Program-made: the position numbers and the translations under genes
The notes under the pieces: model-generated
Seen by the model: the letters and a program-made list of their open reading frames with translations, nothing else
Told to the model about the DNA's origin: nothing
Databases searched by the model: none
Source: Dictyobacter arantiisoli
GTDB lineage: Bacteria; Chloroflexota; Ktedonobacteria; Ktedonobacterales; Ktedonobacteraceae
Length of the DNA stretch: 64,000 nucleotides
Assembly: GCF_008326305.1 (NCBI RefSeq)
Contig: NZ_BIXY01000010.1
Location: 51,137-115,136 of the forward strand
Direction of reading: 5' to 3'
In this document: positions 18,701-28,334 of the stretch, piece after piece
Layout of the letters: each line of letters opens with the position of its first letter
Position numbering within the stretch: position 1 is the first letter of the stretch

Positions 18701-20502
18701 TTGTCTCTGGCAACGATATTCCCGGTCAGTGGCACCTCTGTGCTGACGGTTTCTAGCTGCACATCATCAATCCAGACCTGGCCGGAGCCGCTGAGCGCCA
18801 GCCCAAACTGGATATAGCTGCTAATGGCAGATACATCCAGCACTATCTCATAGCGGGCCCAATCTCTGGTACCCACAATTGGACGCGCACTCATATCATC
18901 AACAGACAGATGCCCGTCTGCATTGCCGATATGCATCCATAAACCAGCGTAGCCTGTAACATTGCGCGCTTTCACATTCGCCGATAAGCGAATACGGCGC
19001 TGGCGATAGAGATCAGATGGAAGCATTTGTCCCAGCCAACTGGTCTCAGCAGTAAGGGTTGCAGTGGATTGTAGATAGGCACAGACATGACCGCGATAGG
19101 CAAATGTTGTTTCAATTTCACAGGTGTATCCCTGGGGCGTCTTCCACTGCCAGAAAGCCAGCCCGGCTTCAAAACGTAGATTGCGCGGCCCCTTCAAATT
19201 TTTTGCTGTAAGCTGACGAGGAGCTTCCACAGCAGGCTGGATGGCATTCAACAATCTGGATGGCGTTCCCTCCTGCACATGCATAACCGCATCGAAGACA
19301 TCCGGTAAGCACACTGTTGCCCAGCACTGTTTTTCTAGCTGAGGCGTATAGGCTGCACCTATGAGTCTGTAACAATGGGGATTTTGTATCCATTGATAAG
19401 GAACATCCGGCAATCCTTGTAAATCAATCAGCAGGCGCGGCAGACCCACGGCGCCGAATAAGGCTTCATAACTCTGTTGCGGTGCCAGACCGACAGCAGG
19501 CGTAATGATTTTTCCGGGCTGGCTACGATCCTCAGCATTAAAGGTTCCACTGCCAAGTAACAGACAAAATGAAACCAGATCATTACCATACATTTCGTTG
19601 AGATAGGAACCAAGTGTACGTGGTTGTGCATTAGCACTGGCAGCAGCGGCATGTCCATTATGCGTCCAGATACATATTCTGGCCTCATACTCATACTGTG
19701 CCAGATGCCAGGCAACATTCTCTGCCATGGAGCGACTGCGCAATGAAAAGTCATGCCGAGAATACATTTCTTCCGCCTGCAAGACAATTTGTGCGCATTG
19801 GAGAGCATAGGCAAATGCCTCATGAGATGAGGATTTCTCATAGGTCGCCCGCCGCTCCACCAATAGATCATGAACCCGTTGCAATTGCGACCAGCATGTT
19901 TGCTTAACCTGGATGGTCTCGTTACTATACAGTTCCAGATCATCGGTATATTCGCCGAAAGCTTGATAGAGGTCAGTGATTTCACTCACTGCATCCGCAT
20001 CCACATAACCGATATAATTCAGCACGTTGATCATAGCTAAAGTGCACGATTGCATATCCAGACCAAGCAATTGCAAGGCAGGCTTCTCACCCCGCTGCTT
20101 ATTATACTCCCGCATCCACTCAATCACATCCAACATCTCCTGCGTCTTCCAGGTCCAGGATAACAAACCGTTGAGGAGTTCTTTAGGATCTCCTTCACCC
20201 GTTAAAACATAGTGATTAACGCATTCCACCTCACACAGACCATCCTCAATTGCCAGCAACGTAAACCCTTGTTCCCGCACCAGAAATTCCAGGCAACGAT
20301 GCTTGAGCATAAAAAACTCGTGATTTCCACGAGTCGCTTCTCCAAATGCTACGATATGAGCATCACCTACAATATTCGCCAGTGGTTGCAGATCGCGATA
20401 ATTTCCACCAGGCATACTATTTTTCAGCCGCAGCGCGCTTTCTTTCAACAACTCAATCACATCTTCCAACTGTATAACGTGCTGTCGTTGCATATATCTC
20501 AT
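18697..20502 (-). CDS. Erythromycin-esterase (Ere/ChaN)-family protein with an extra C-terminal ~200-aa beta-rich domain
   Basis: N-terminal ~400 aa resemble the Ere family (GEATRGNHEFF...). The stop overlaps the convergent DUF4388 gene stop. Confidence 0.65.
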   Translation of the reverse strand: MRYMQRQHVIQLEDVIELLKESALRLKNSMPGGNYRDLQPLANIVGDAHIVAFGEATRGNHEFFMLKHRCLEFLVREQGFTLLAIEDGLCEVECVNHYVLTGEGDPKELLNGLLSWTWKTQEMLDVIEWMREYNKQRGEKPALQLLGLDMQSCTLAMINVLNYIGYVDADAVSEITDLYQAFGEYTDDLELYSNETIQVKQTCWSQLQRVHDLLVERRATYEKSSSHEAFAYALQCAQIVLQAEEMYSRHDFSLRSRSMAENVAWHLAQYEYEARICIWTHNGHAAAASANAQPRTLGSYLNEMYGNDLVSFCLLLGSGTFNAEDRSQPGKIITPAVGLAPQQSYEALFGAVGLPRLLIDLQGLPDVPYQWIQNPHCYRLIGAAYTPQLEKQCWATVCLPDVFDAVMHVQEGTPSRLLNAIQPAVEAPRQLTAKNLKGPRNLRFEAGLAFWQWKTPQGYTCEIETTFAYRGHVCAYLQSTATLTAETSWLGQMLPSDLYRQRRIRLSANVKARNVTGYAGLWMHIGNADGHLSVDDMSARPIVGTRDWARYEIVLDVSAISSYIQFGLALSGSGQVWIDDVQLETVSTEVPLTGNIVARDN

Positions 20503-20635
20503 CCTTGTTAAGCTATGGAACAGCTACTATGATATATACGCCGGGAAGTCTGTATTTGTTCTATCAACCTTCTTGTATATATTCTTTCTGCTATTGCAAA
20601 AACCGGAAAATATATTTGCCAATAGAGAGGAATCA

Positions 20636-20846
20636 TGATGGAGAAATGTAGGTGCGTGCCGAGGTCGCAACCGAGGTGCGCTTTCCCGTGAATCGTACGA
20701 TTCAAGCCCCGAAGCCCTGTATCCATTTCCCTGGGATCGAGAGATGATGGAAGATGTAGGCACGAAGCGCAAGCGCAGGTCCGTGCAATGCCTACGTTTT
20801 TTCTCATACATCCTCTTATTTAAACGGTATTGCCCGTGAAGGGTGG
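20636..20846 (+). repeat. Truncated copy of the MITE-like element: core plus the right TIR only
   Basis: atgatggagaaatgtaggtgcgtgccgaggtcgcaaccgaggtgcgc...cctacgtttttt, then cggtattgcccgtgaagggtgg. No left TIR. Confidence 0.65.
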
Positions 20847-20914
20847 CTACTACGGAGGGACGATGCACGCAACCTCACCGTAAAGGATGAGGTTGCGTGC
20901 ATCGTATGTTGGGG

Positions 20915-22408
20915 TTAGTGCTTGCGATGGGTAGGATAGGAGATGAAGACGCTTTTGACTTCACTGAACTCGTTGACGGCGTCCGCGCCCAATTCGCGAT
21001 GGCCGTTGCCGCTGTTCTTCAGGCCACCGAAGGGAAGCTGGATCTCAGAACCAGTGGTAGCAGCATTGATATACACCAGACCGGATTCAATATCCCGCAT
21101 GGCTCGAAAAGCGAGACGTGCATCATCAGTAAAGATACCAGTCGAAAGGCCATATTCAGTAGAGTTCGCGACCGCAATCGCCTCTTCATAGGAGTCAACG
21201 GGAAGCAGGGAGAGAAAAGGACCAAAGACCTCTTCGCGCGCAATACGCATCTCGGAATGTACATCACCAAAGATGGTGGGCTGGTAAAATGCGCCTTCCG
21301 CATAGGAATCATCGGTCAGAGCATTTCCGCCTGTCAGCAGGCGTGCACCCTCCTGTTGTCCAATCTGTGTGTATTCATGGATCGCCCTGATACGACCGCG
21401 ATTGACGACAGGACCAACCTGCGTCTGACTATCCAGGCCATCACCAATGCGCAATTGCTCGGCAGCAGCCACCAGACGATCTATAAAGGGCTTATAGACT
21501 GCCCCATGCACAATGACACGACTGGTCGCAGTACAACGCTGTCCAGCCGTTCCAAAGGCACCAAGCGTAATGTTGTTAACGGCCAGATCGAGATCAGCAT
21601 CATCCATCACAATCACAGCGTTTTTGCCACCCAGTTCCAGGGCGCAACGGCGTAAATCACGCCCGCATAGTTCAGCGACACGGCGTCCCACCTCATTTGA
21701 ACCCGTCAAAGAGATCATATTGATGCGCTTATGACTGGCCAGCGCATCACCAAGGGAGCCACCGGGGCCAGTAAGCACATTTAATACGCCCGCAGGTAAT
21801 CCAGCCTCGTGCAGGATCTCTGCCAGTTTCAAGCTCGATAAGGGGGTATCGCTGGCCGGTTTGAGCACCACCGCGTTACCTGCCAATAATGCCGGGAAGG
21901 TCTTCCAGGCAGGAATCGCCATCGGAAAATTCCAGGGCGTGATAATACCCACAATGCCCAGTGGATGCCGCAATGTCAGACACATTTTATCAGGTAAAGC
22001 CGAAGGGATGGTTTCGCCTTCCGCGCGACGACCCTCGCTAGCGACAAATTTCGCTACATCGATCGCCGTCTGCACATCGCCACGGGTCTCATTCAGAATC
22101 TTCCCCATTTCGCGCGTCATCAAGCGTGCCAGTTCTTCTTTACGCTGCTCTAACAAGAGAGCTGTACGCAACAGGATATCCCCACGCCCTGGTGCAGGGG
22201 TGGCAGCCCAGGCACGTTGAGCCTGCGCAGCAGCCTCAACCGCATCCTCAAGATCCGCGACATTCGACAATTGGAAATGTCCAACAATCTCTTGCGTATG
22301 CGCTGGATTAGTACTGGCGAATGTTTCACCACTCTGCGAGTCACGCCATTGCCCGCCAATAAAATTCTGATAGGTGGAGGGTTGGATAGAGGATGCTGCT
22401 TGTGCCAT
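20915..22408 (-). CDS. NAD(P)-dependent aldehyde dehydrogenase
   Basis: About 497 aa. ALDH motifs ELGGKNA and the catalytic Cys region GQRCTA. The likely start is MAQAASS at 22408. Confidence 0.85.
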   Translation of the reverse strand: MAQAASSIQPSTYQNFIGGQWRDSQSGETFASTNPAHTQEIVGHFQLSNVADLEDAVEAAAQAQRAWAATPAPGRGDILLRTALLLEQRKEELARLMTREMGKILNETRGDVQTAIDVAKFVASEGRRAEGETIPSALPDKMCLTLRHPLGIVGIITPWNFPMAIPAWKTFPALLAGNAVVLKPASDTPLSSLKLAEILHEAGLPAGVLNVLTGPGGSLGDALASHKRINMISLTGSNEVGRRVAELCGRDLRRCALELGGKNAVIVMDDADLDLAVNNITLGAFGTAGQRCTATSRVIVHGAVYKPFIDRLVAAAEQLRIGDGLDSQTQVGPVVNRGRIRAIHEYTQIGQQEGARLLTGGNALTDDSYAEGAFYQPTIFGDVHSEMRIAREEVFGPFLSLLPVDSYEEAIAVANSTEYGLSTGIFTDDARLAFRAMRDIESGLVYINAATTGSEIQLPFGGLKNSGNGHRELGADAVNEFSEVKSVFISYPTHRKH

Positions 22409-22505
22409 AAATATCTCCCACTTGCTTTTGTGAAATTTGTAAATTCTAAGAACTATCAAACCATACGTTCACACCTTGTTATTATATCAGAGCTACATCC
22501 CCATC

Positions 22506-22579
22506 GTAGAATCTACCCTTCACGGGCAATACCGCTTCAATAAAGAGAAGCAGTATTGCCCGTGAAGGGTAGATTCTAC
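22506..22579. repeat. Minimal hairpin derivative of the MITE family: the two TIRs abutting with an 18-nt loop
   Basis: gtagaatctacccttcacgggcaatac(cgcttcaataaagagaagcag)tattgcccgtgaagggtagattctac, a perfect ~27-bp stem. Confidence 0.7.
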
Positions 22580-22650
22580 AGGCTATACAAATAGAAACGA
22601 GAGAATAATCAAATGATTATTCTCTCGTTTCTATTTGTATCTATATGCTA

Positions 22651-22959
22651 TTAGACGCTTTCGACGGTTGGGCCGCTACTGGCCGGAGGAGTTGGAGGTG
22701 CAGGGGTCTCCTCGCTAACAGCCGGTGCGGCTGGCTCTTCGTAGTCTCCATCTTGCGCCGGGCGCTTGAACACGTAGTATGCGGAGTTGGAGGTCAGTGG
22801 TTGTACGCTGACAAGTTCCCAACTATCGCGACCAACACTGTTAAAATAACGACGTACAAATGCACTGCGCCGCTCATTCCCGATCAGGGTCTCTTCGCCT
22901 TCACAAGAAATGCGTCCACGATAGTCAACATAGACGACTTTGTATGCCCATTGTCCCAT
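22651..22959 (-). CDS. DUF4177-like small protein with a Pro/Ala-rich tail
   Basis: MGQWAYKVVYVDYRG... fits the DUF4177 pattern. Confidence 0.55.
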   Translation of the reverse strand: MGQWAYKVVYVDYRGRISCEGEETLIGNERRSAFVRRYFNSVGRDSWELVSVQPLTSNSAYYVFKRPAQDGDYEEPAAPAVSEETPAPPTPPASSGPTVESV

Positions 22960-23568
22960 CGTATGATCCCTCCTCTACCGCTAAAAAATTTGTGCATGCT
23001 TTGAGTCGTCCACCAGTATGACGCCATCCATATCATATCCGATGCTATGCCCACAGACAGTTCGGGTATGCTGTGCGTGATCGTCATGCCTCGCCCACAG
23101 ACGCTACACACATCTTCAAACCGTCTCCGAACGCTAAGGTCAACGCCGGGTTCCACAATCAGCGCATCGCTTATCGCTGGGCATCATACCAATGGTTCCT
23201 CTACACAGTCATAGTATAGTTGCGTATCGTCCCTGGCGTACCGCTATTTCCACCAGTTTTTTAAGCAGAGCAAACTACCTGTATCTCTCCTGTCTATTTC
23301 TACAGGTATCCCTGCCACGCGAAACAGCACATATCTTTGATGCATACACACGAACAGAATTTAACAGACCCTACAAACAAGATCACAACGTCATACACAC
23401 ACACGCACAACAAGAATCCGACAAATTACGTCTTGCATTCCAACAATCCGAGCAGTATAACGTAATAAGCATAGAGGTTTTCTGGACAGTGCGATGCTGC
23501 ATCAATGCCATCGCCACATACCAGATAGGATAGGAATAGTAGAGACAAGAGATCAAAGGGGGGGCGAC

Positions 23569-23886
23569 ATGGCAGAGCGTCACTTATCACTCTCTGAGGC
23601 CCAGGAGCAATTTACGGCATTGCCCCAACTCTTTCAACAAGAGCAAGATCCGATTATTGTCACACAGAACGATCAACACGTCATGGCAATTTTGCCCATT
23701 CATCAGTATGCCCATATGCGTGAAACAATTGAAACGCTCAGTCAGACTCTCGAAATTCTCTCGAATGAGAAGTTTATGGCCTCGTTTCGACTGGCACAAA
23801 GGGGTATGAAAACCGATATATTGACTTCTCTAGAGCAAATCAAACAGGAATTAGGCTGGGAGGACGAAGAGCACGATCAACCATGA
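23569..23886 (+). CDS. Phd/YefM-family type II antitoxin (orphan; no toxin gene follows)
   Basis: LSLSEAQEQFTALPQLFQQEQDPIIVTQNDQHVMAILPIHQYAHM plus the C-terminal ETLEILSNEKFMASFR motif typical of Phd-like antitoxins. RBS AAGGGGGGG. Confidence 0.6.
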   Translation: MAERHLSLSEAQEQFTALPQLFQQEQDPIIVTQNDQHVMAILPIHQYAHMRETIETLSQTLEILSNEKFMASFRLAQRGMKTDILTSLEQIKQELGWEDEEHDQP

Positions 23887-23908
23887 ACGTGATGGGCATC
23901 TCTGCCCA

Positions 23909-24406
23909 TCAACCTTGCTCAGATGCCCTCTTCTGGGCATCTTCAATCAGATCGACAATCGCCTGTAGCTTCTTTTGTGTATGCTGTACATTCCGTTTGT
24001 TGCGCTCATAACCATCGGGCGCCAATTGTTTGAACCAACTCTGAATATCTTCGTCAGAAATGTCATACCACTTGGCATCGGCTTGCAGGCGCAGGTAGAC
24101 GCGCATCTGAGGATCTTGCTGCTTACGTACAGCCTTGCCGGGTACGCCAGTTGCACCAGTCACTCCCGCGCTCTCTTGCTCATCCTCAGCGACAGCCTCG
24201 GCTAACTCACTGGCTGGATGCAACTCATTATAAAGCGCCTCAACATCGCTGGCCCGAAAAAATACATCGCGACCAACACCACTGCGAGCCTTCAGACGTC
24301 CTTCTTTGATCCAACCTTCCAGTGTGATCCGATCAACTCCCAGACGCCGGGCCGCATCACCGGCATCAATAAACGCAAAACGTCCAGTACCAGGTTTACC
24401 CACCAT
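23909..24406 (-). CDS. Excisionase/MerR-type helix-turn-helix DNA-binding protein with a C-terminal domain of unknown function
   Basis: N-terminal HTH RRLGVDRITLEGWIKEGRLKA. Strong RBS AAGAGGAG. Confidence 0.6.
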   Translation of the reverse strand: MVGKPGTGRFAFIDAGDAARRLGVDRITLEGWIKEGRLKARSGVGRDVFFRASDVEALYNELHPASELAEAVAEDEQESAGVTGATGVPGKAVRKQQDPQMRVYLRLQADAKWYDISDEDIQSWFKQLAPDGYERNKRNVQHTQKKLQAIVDLIEDAQKRASEQG

Positions 24407-24647
24407 GACGTTATCACTCCTCTTTACTTTATGCTACTTTCTCTTCAATCTGCATTATATCCTATTCCAGTGTGCCTTTGTTCTCTAATAAAACAGGCAC
24501 TTTAGGAGTTCTTTACTGCTAAGTAGCCTGAGACTTGTATAGACATTTGGAAATATGCTATGCTTACAAACAAGTCAAAATTGTTTTAACTTTGTTATCG
24601 CAAAGAATAATAATTTAATAAGTTTAGGCCATAAGGAAGAGTAAGAC

Positions 24648-25970
24648 ATGTGTAAGAGGATGCGTTGGTCATGGCTTAGTGTATTTACGCGTGCACCCTT
24701 TGCCCTACGAATAGGAGTTTGTCTCTCAATGTTTCTCGGTAGCGCAATCTTTTACTTTCTCACCTTTGAAAAAATACGCAATAGCTATGTTTTGCTGCTT
24801 CCTATGCTGGTATGCACGGTCGCTTTTCACAAGAAAGGGGCCCTGGTCTGCTTTGTTAGCACATTCACAATTATGTTCTGCCACATGCTTCTCTTCCATA
24901 GCAACCATCCTGACATAAGTATGGTACTAGTAGTCTTTGTGTTTATTCTAAATATACTGGTGCTTGCGGCAGTTGGTATAGGCATGATTTCCTTGCGCAC
25001 AAAATATATAGCATCTCTAGCAGAAACAAAATATATAGCATCTCTAGCAGAAACAAAAGATACAGGCATAACAGGTATAACAGCAGATATAGCAATGACG
25101 CCAGCCGCTATCGAGGCTGAACAGGGTGAACTTGAACGTCAGATGGCTCTGGTTCAGGATCAGTTCCGCCAGTTACAGGAGACACAGGAACAGTTTGTCT
25201 CGAATATGAATCATGAGTTGCGTACCCCACTTACGGCCGTCTATGGATATTTTGGACTGCTTCAATATATCTTTGAGAAAAATGGTACGCTCGAATACGA
25301 ATCTCATGCAAGCTATATGCGCAACGCGGTGCAATATTGTGAAGATCTCTGCTCTATTGTAAACAATATCTTGAAGAATATGGATATCGATCACCAGCAG
25401 CAACCTATCCCAGGCGAGGAATGTTCTCTCGCTCAGATGATACAAGAACTTTGTAGCTCAGGTGACCTGGACACATCCGAACAGCAACGTCTTCAGATTC
25501 AGCTTCCTGCACACGATCTGATGGCTTACACTGATAGCTCATGTCTGCGCCATGTGCTACAACAACTCATCTCAAATGCATTCAAATACACGCCGGAGGC
25601 ATCACCAGTGATGATAAGCGCCACAGCTTATGACGATGCCATGGATTACATCTGCATCAGCGTCACTGATAGAGGTCCTGGCATTCCACCCGCAGAACAG
25701 GATCGTATTTTTGAGCAGTTTGTACGTCTCAAACGCGATATTGCCGGGACAGTACAGGGAGCGGGATTGGGACTGACAACCTGTAAGCATTTAATTGAAA
25801 GTATGCAGGGGAAGATCTGGGTGGAGAGTACAGGAATTATGGGTGAAGGGAGCAGCTTCCGTTTTATCCTGCCACGGACTGCTTCAGTCAGGAAACAGCC
25901 CGTACCAGGCATACAAGATATACAAGGCATACCAGAGATCAACCGCGTGCCCTCTCAGGCACTGCGTTGA
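24648..25970 (+). CDS. Membrane sensor histidine kinase (HisKA + HATPase_c); no cognate regulator adjacent
   Basis: H-box NHELRTPLTAV, G-boxes DRGPGIP and GAGLGLT. 4 TM helices N-terminally. Confidence 0.8.
   Translation: MCKRMRWSWLSVFTRAPFALRIGVCLSMFLGSAIFYFLTFEKIRNSYVLLLPMLVCTVAFHKKGALVCFVSTFTIMFCHMLLFHSNHPDISMVLVVFVFILNILVLAAVGIGMISLRTKYIASLAETKYIASLAETKDTGITGITADIAMTPAAIEAEQGELERQMALVQDQFRQLQETQEQFVSNMNHELRTPLTAVYGYFGLLQYIFEKNGTLEYESHASYMRNAVQYCEDLCSIVNNILKNMDIDHQQQPIPGEECSLAQMIQELCSSGDLDTSEQQRLQIQLPAHDLMAYTDSSCLRHVLQQLISNAFKYTPEASPVMISATAYDDAMDYICISVTDRGPGIPPAEQDRIFEQFVRLKRDIAGTVQGAGLGLTTCKHLIESMQGKIWVESTGIMGEGSSFRFILPRTASVRKQPVPGIQDIQGIPEINRVPSQALR
25002..25055 (+). repeat. Perfect 27-bp tandem duplication inside the kinase gene (encodes KYIASLAET twice)
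   Basis: aaatatatagcatctctagcagaaaca x2. Confidence 0.8.
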
Positions 25971-26599
25971 CGATAGAACATCAAGAGTGTGCTGCCATAA
26001 CGGCGCTCATCGGTTAATGCAAAATTGTGACATTCCACAGCTGCAACACCGGGGCGCTCTTTCGGATGGATCTGTACGATGATCAGTGTCTCACCTGTTA
26101 ATAGCGTTGAGCTATCCAGCAATTGCAAGGCTCGCGCTGCCATCTCTTCATATTGAGGAGGAGCGACATAAATAATGTCATACACGCGCTGCTGGCCCGG
26201 CAAAGGGGCAGGAAAATAGGAACGCTTCTCACGCTCACGCTCACGCGCCAGTACGGATGCAGATGACTGGTGTTGCTGGTGGGATAATAAGAACTTAAAT
26301 GAATCCGCTTGTAATGCCTCTGCACGATTGGTCATGCCAGTGATCTGTAAATTCTCACGTACCAGCTTTACGATCTGGGGACTCATCTCAATAAATGTCG
26401 CCCGGGCAGCGCCACGGCTCAATGCTTCAATTCCCACGCCTCCCGTACCTGCGAATAGATCCAGAAAACGGACATCGCTAATTTCAAACGCGAGAATATC
26501 AAACAGGGCCGTCTTCACACGGTCCATGATTGGACGTGTCCCAATCGTTTTCGGTGACTTTAATTTCTTGCCTTTAGCCTCGCCGGTAACTACACGCAT
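25955..26599 (-). CDS. rsmD: 16S rRNA (guanine966-N2)-methyltransferase RsmD
   Basis: MRVVTGEAKGKKLKSPKTIGTRPIMDRVKTALFD, DLFAGTGGVGIEALSRGA SAM motif. 214 aa. Confidence 0.8.
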   Translation of the reverse strand: MRVVTGEAKGKKLKSPKTIGTRPIMDRVKTALFDILAFEISDVRFLDLFAGTGGVGIEALSRGAARATFIEMSPQIVKLVRENLQITGMTNRAEALQADSFKFLLSHQQHQSSASVLAREREREKRSYFPAPLPGQQRVYDIIYVAPPQYEEMAARALQLLDSSTLLTGETLIIVQIHPKERPGVAAVECHNFALTDERRYGSTLLMFYRQRSA

Positions 26600-26609
26600 A
26601 ACGTTCCTC

Positions 26610-27827
26610 CTATAGCACTTCTAGAACAGCTTCCACCTGTTTCATAAAATCATCCTCTAGTTTGGCCCAGGAGATCAACGCCTCTGCCTGATCAACTTTC
26701 AGCTTCTTGGGTGTCTGAATATTCCAGACACCACTAATCAGTTTGTTCAGCTCCTGCTCACTGATTTGAGAAAGTACTACATTGCCAAGCACCTGTAAAC
26801 GTTGTGGACTGACAATGGTCGGACCCTGCGATTCGCGCAATGAGTTGACTTTGTTGCGTGCCCGCTCTAATTCCTGCTCACTAAACTCATCACCCAGCAT
26901 CGGCAAATCATCCAATTCATCGAAGCTGGTCACGTCATCAGCAGGGCGTCCCAGTTCCTCGTCAGCGATCTCTTCATCAAAGCCAACACTGGGACGGCGC
27001 ACGCGCATCTCAATAATGGGTGAATCTGGTTCAGGACGCACTATATGGGGTAATGCACTCGTCGGCTGGCGTCTGGGCAGTTCCTCACCCGACATGGCAT
27101 CCTCTCCATTACTTCGTTTCGGTACCTGTAGTGAGGCGGGAGCGGGTCCTACCTGTCCCACTTTTTCTTTAAGCAGCTCTAACGCATCCCGCAGATTGAT
27201 ACCTGTAGTGAGAGAACGAACATTCAACATTTCCATCGCCTGCTTCGGCGTCAAATCTAGATTATCTTTAATATACTGGATAAATTGTGGCAATGGTATG
27301 TTGCTGCCCGGCTCACTGGATGGCAAATTTAAGCCGCTACCATGACGGGCCTGTGTCTGTGAAGTATTGGCAGGCACGTTGTGATAATTATCAATACTCT
27401 GACCTGCGGACGCTTCTTCCTGCACATCCCCGGTGGGAGCGGCGGGTTGGGTTGCCGTCTGAGGAGCAGCCAATGCTGCGGAACGATTACCGCGTTGTAT
27501 AGCCGTTGCCTGTGCTGGCGTGGTGCGTGTGTTTACTGCTGGCTGGGGAGCGGAGGAACGTCCATTCTTTGATCCCGACTGTTGAGTCTGGCTGGTACCA
27601 GAGGGAACGCGCTGATCCATATGGGCTGCTAATTGCTGCATTCCCACTTCAGCCTCACGAATCAAAGCAGCACGCTCTTCGACACTCGCCCCGATAGGGA
27701 CAGGAACACTCATCTCCAGCGTCTGCGTACGACCATCCCTGATGGTATATTGGGTCGCGTAACGCAACCAGATATATGGTCCGGACCCTTCTTGTATCTT
27801 CCTGCTGCCATCCATGGGCGCACTCAC
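26610..27827 (-). CDS. Hypothetical, largely disordered S/T/Q/P-rich protein, co-directional and 10 bp upstream of rsmD
   Basis: 405-aa ORF with a small folded N-terminal segment and a long low-complexity region. No known motif. Confidence 0.45.
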   Translation of the reverse strand: MSAPMDGSRKIQEGSGPYIWLRYATQYTIRDGRTQTLEMSVPVPIGASVEERAALIREAEVGMQQLAAHMDQRVPSGTSQTQQSGSKNGRSSAPQPAVNTRTTPAQATAIQRGNRSAALAAPQTATQPAAPTGDVQEEASAGQSIDNYHNVPANTSQTQARHGSGLNLPSSEPGSNIPLPQFIQYIKDNLDLTPKQAMEMLNVRSLTTGINLRDALELLKEKVGQVGPAPASLQVPKRSNGEDAMSGEELPRRQPTSALPHIVRPEPDSPIIEMRVRRPSVGFDEEIADEELGRPADDVTSFDELDDLPMLGDEFSEQELERARNKVNSLRESQGPTIVSPQRLQVLGNVVLSQISEQELNKLISGVWNIQTPKKLKVDQAEALISWAKLEDDFMKQVEAVLEVL

Positions 27828-28334
27828 CTACTTTCTTCATACAGTGCTGCTCATCAAACGTCTACCGGTGTTCGTGTCATCAGAACACGTTGCACGCATA
27901 CAGATAAAACGCATGCATGGGCTTCAAATAACAGAACATGGCGACACATTTTGCTGGCATGCGATACAGCCAGTAAAGCACATTTGCTCATCTAACTGAA
28001 GAGCATAAGCTCGATTGTAACCAGTATATCTTCATTATATCAAAAACACCCTCCAGGTACATCCCCAACAGGCCTGAAAGTTGTGGCAAGAACTATCGTG
28101 GCGACGAAAGTGTCCGATACATTATCTCATACAGTTGTATATCTTGATTAATACCCGGATATAAGGTATGGTACTATCGTAAAATACTCTCTTGTGGATG
28201 AGTGAGGAAAACGGCTATTCATCAAACATAGCACGCTTTTTCATAAAGTGACAGGCCCTCGTAATTCGTACATTCTTGTCCCACCGATGTAGATCTCATA
28301 GGAAGCATGAGATTTATGGTGCGAGAAAGTTGAG

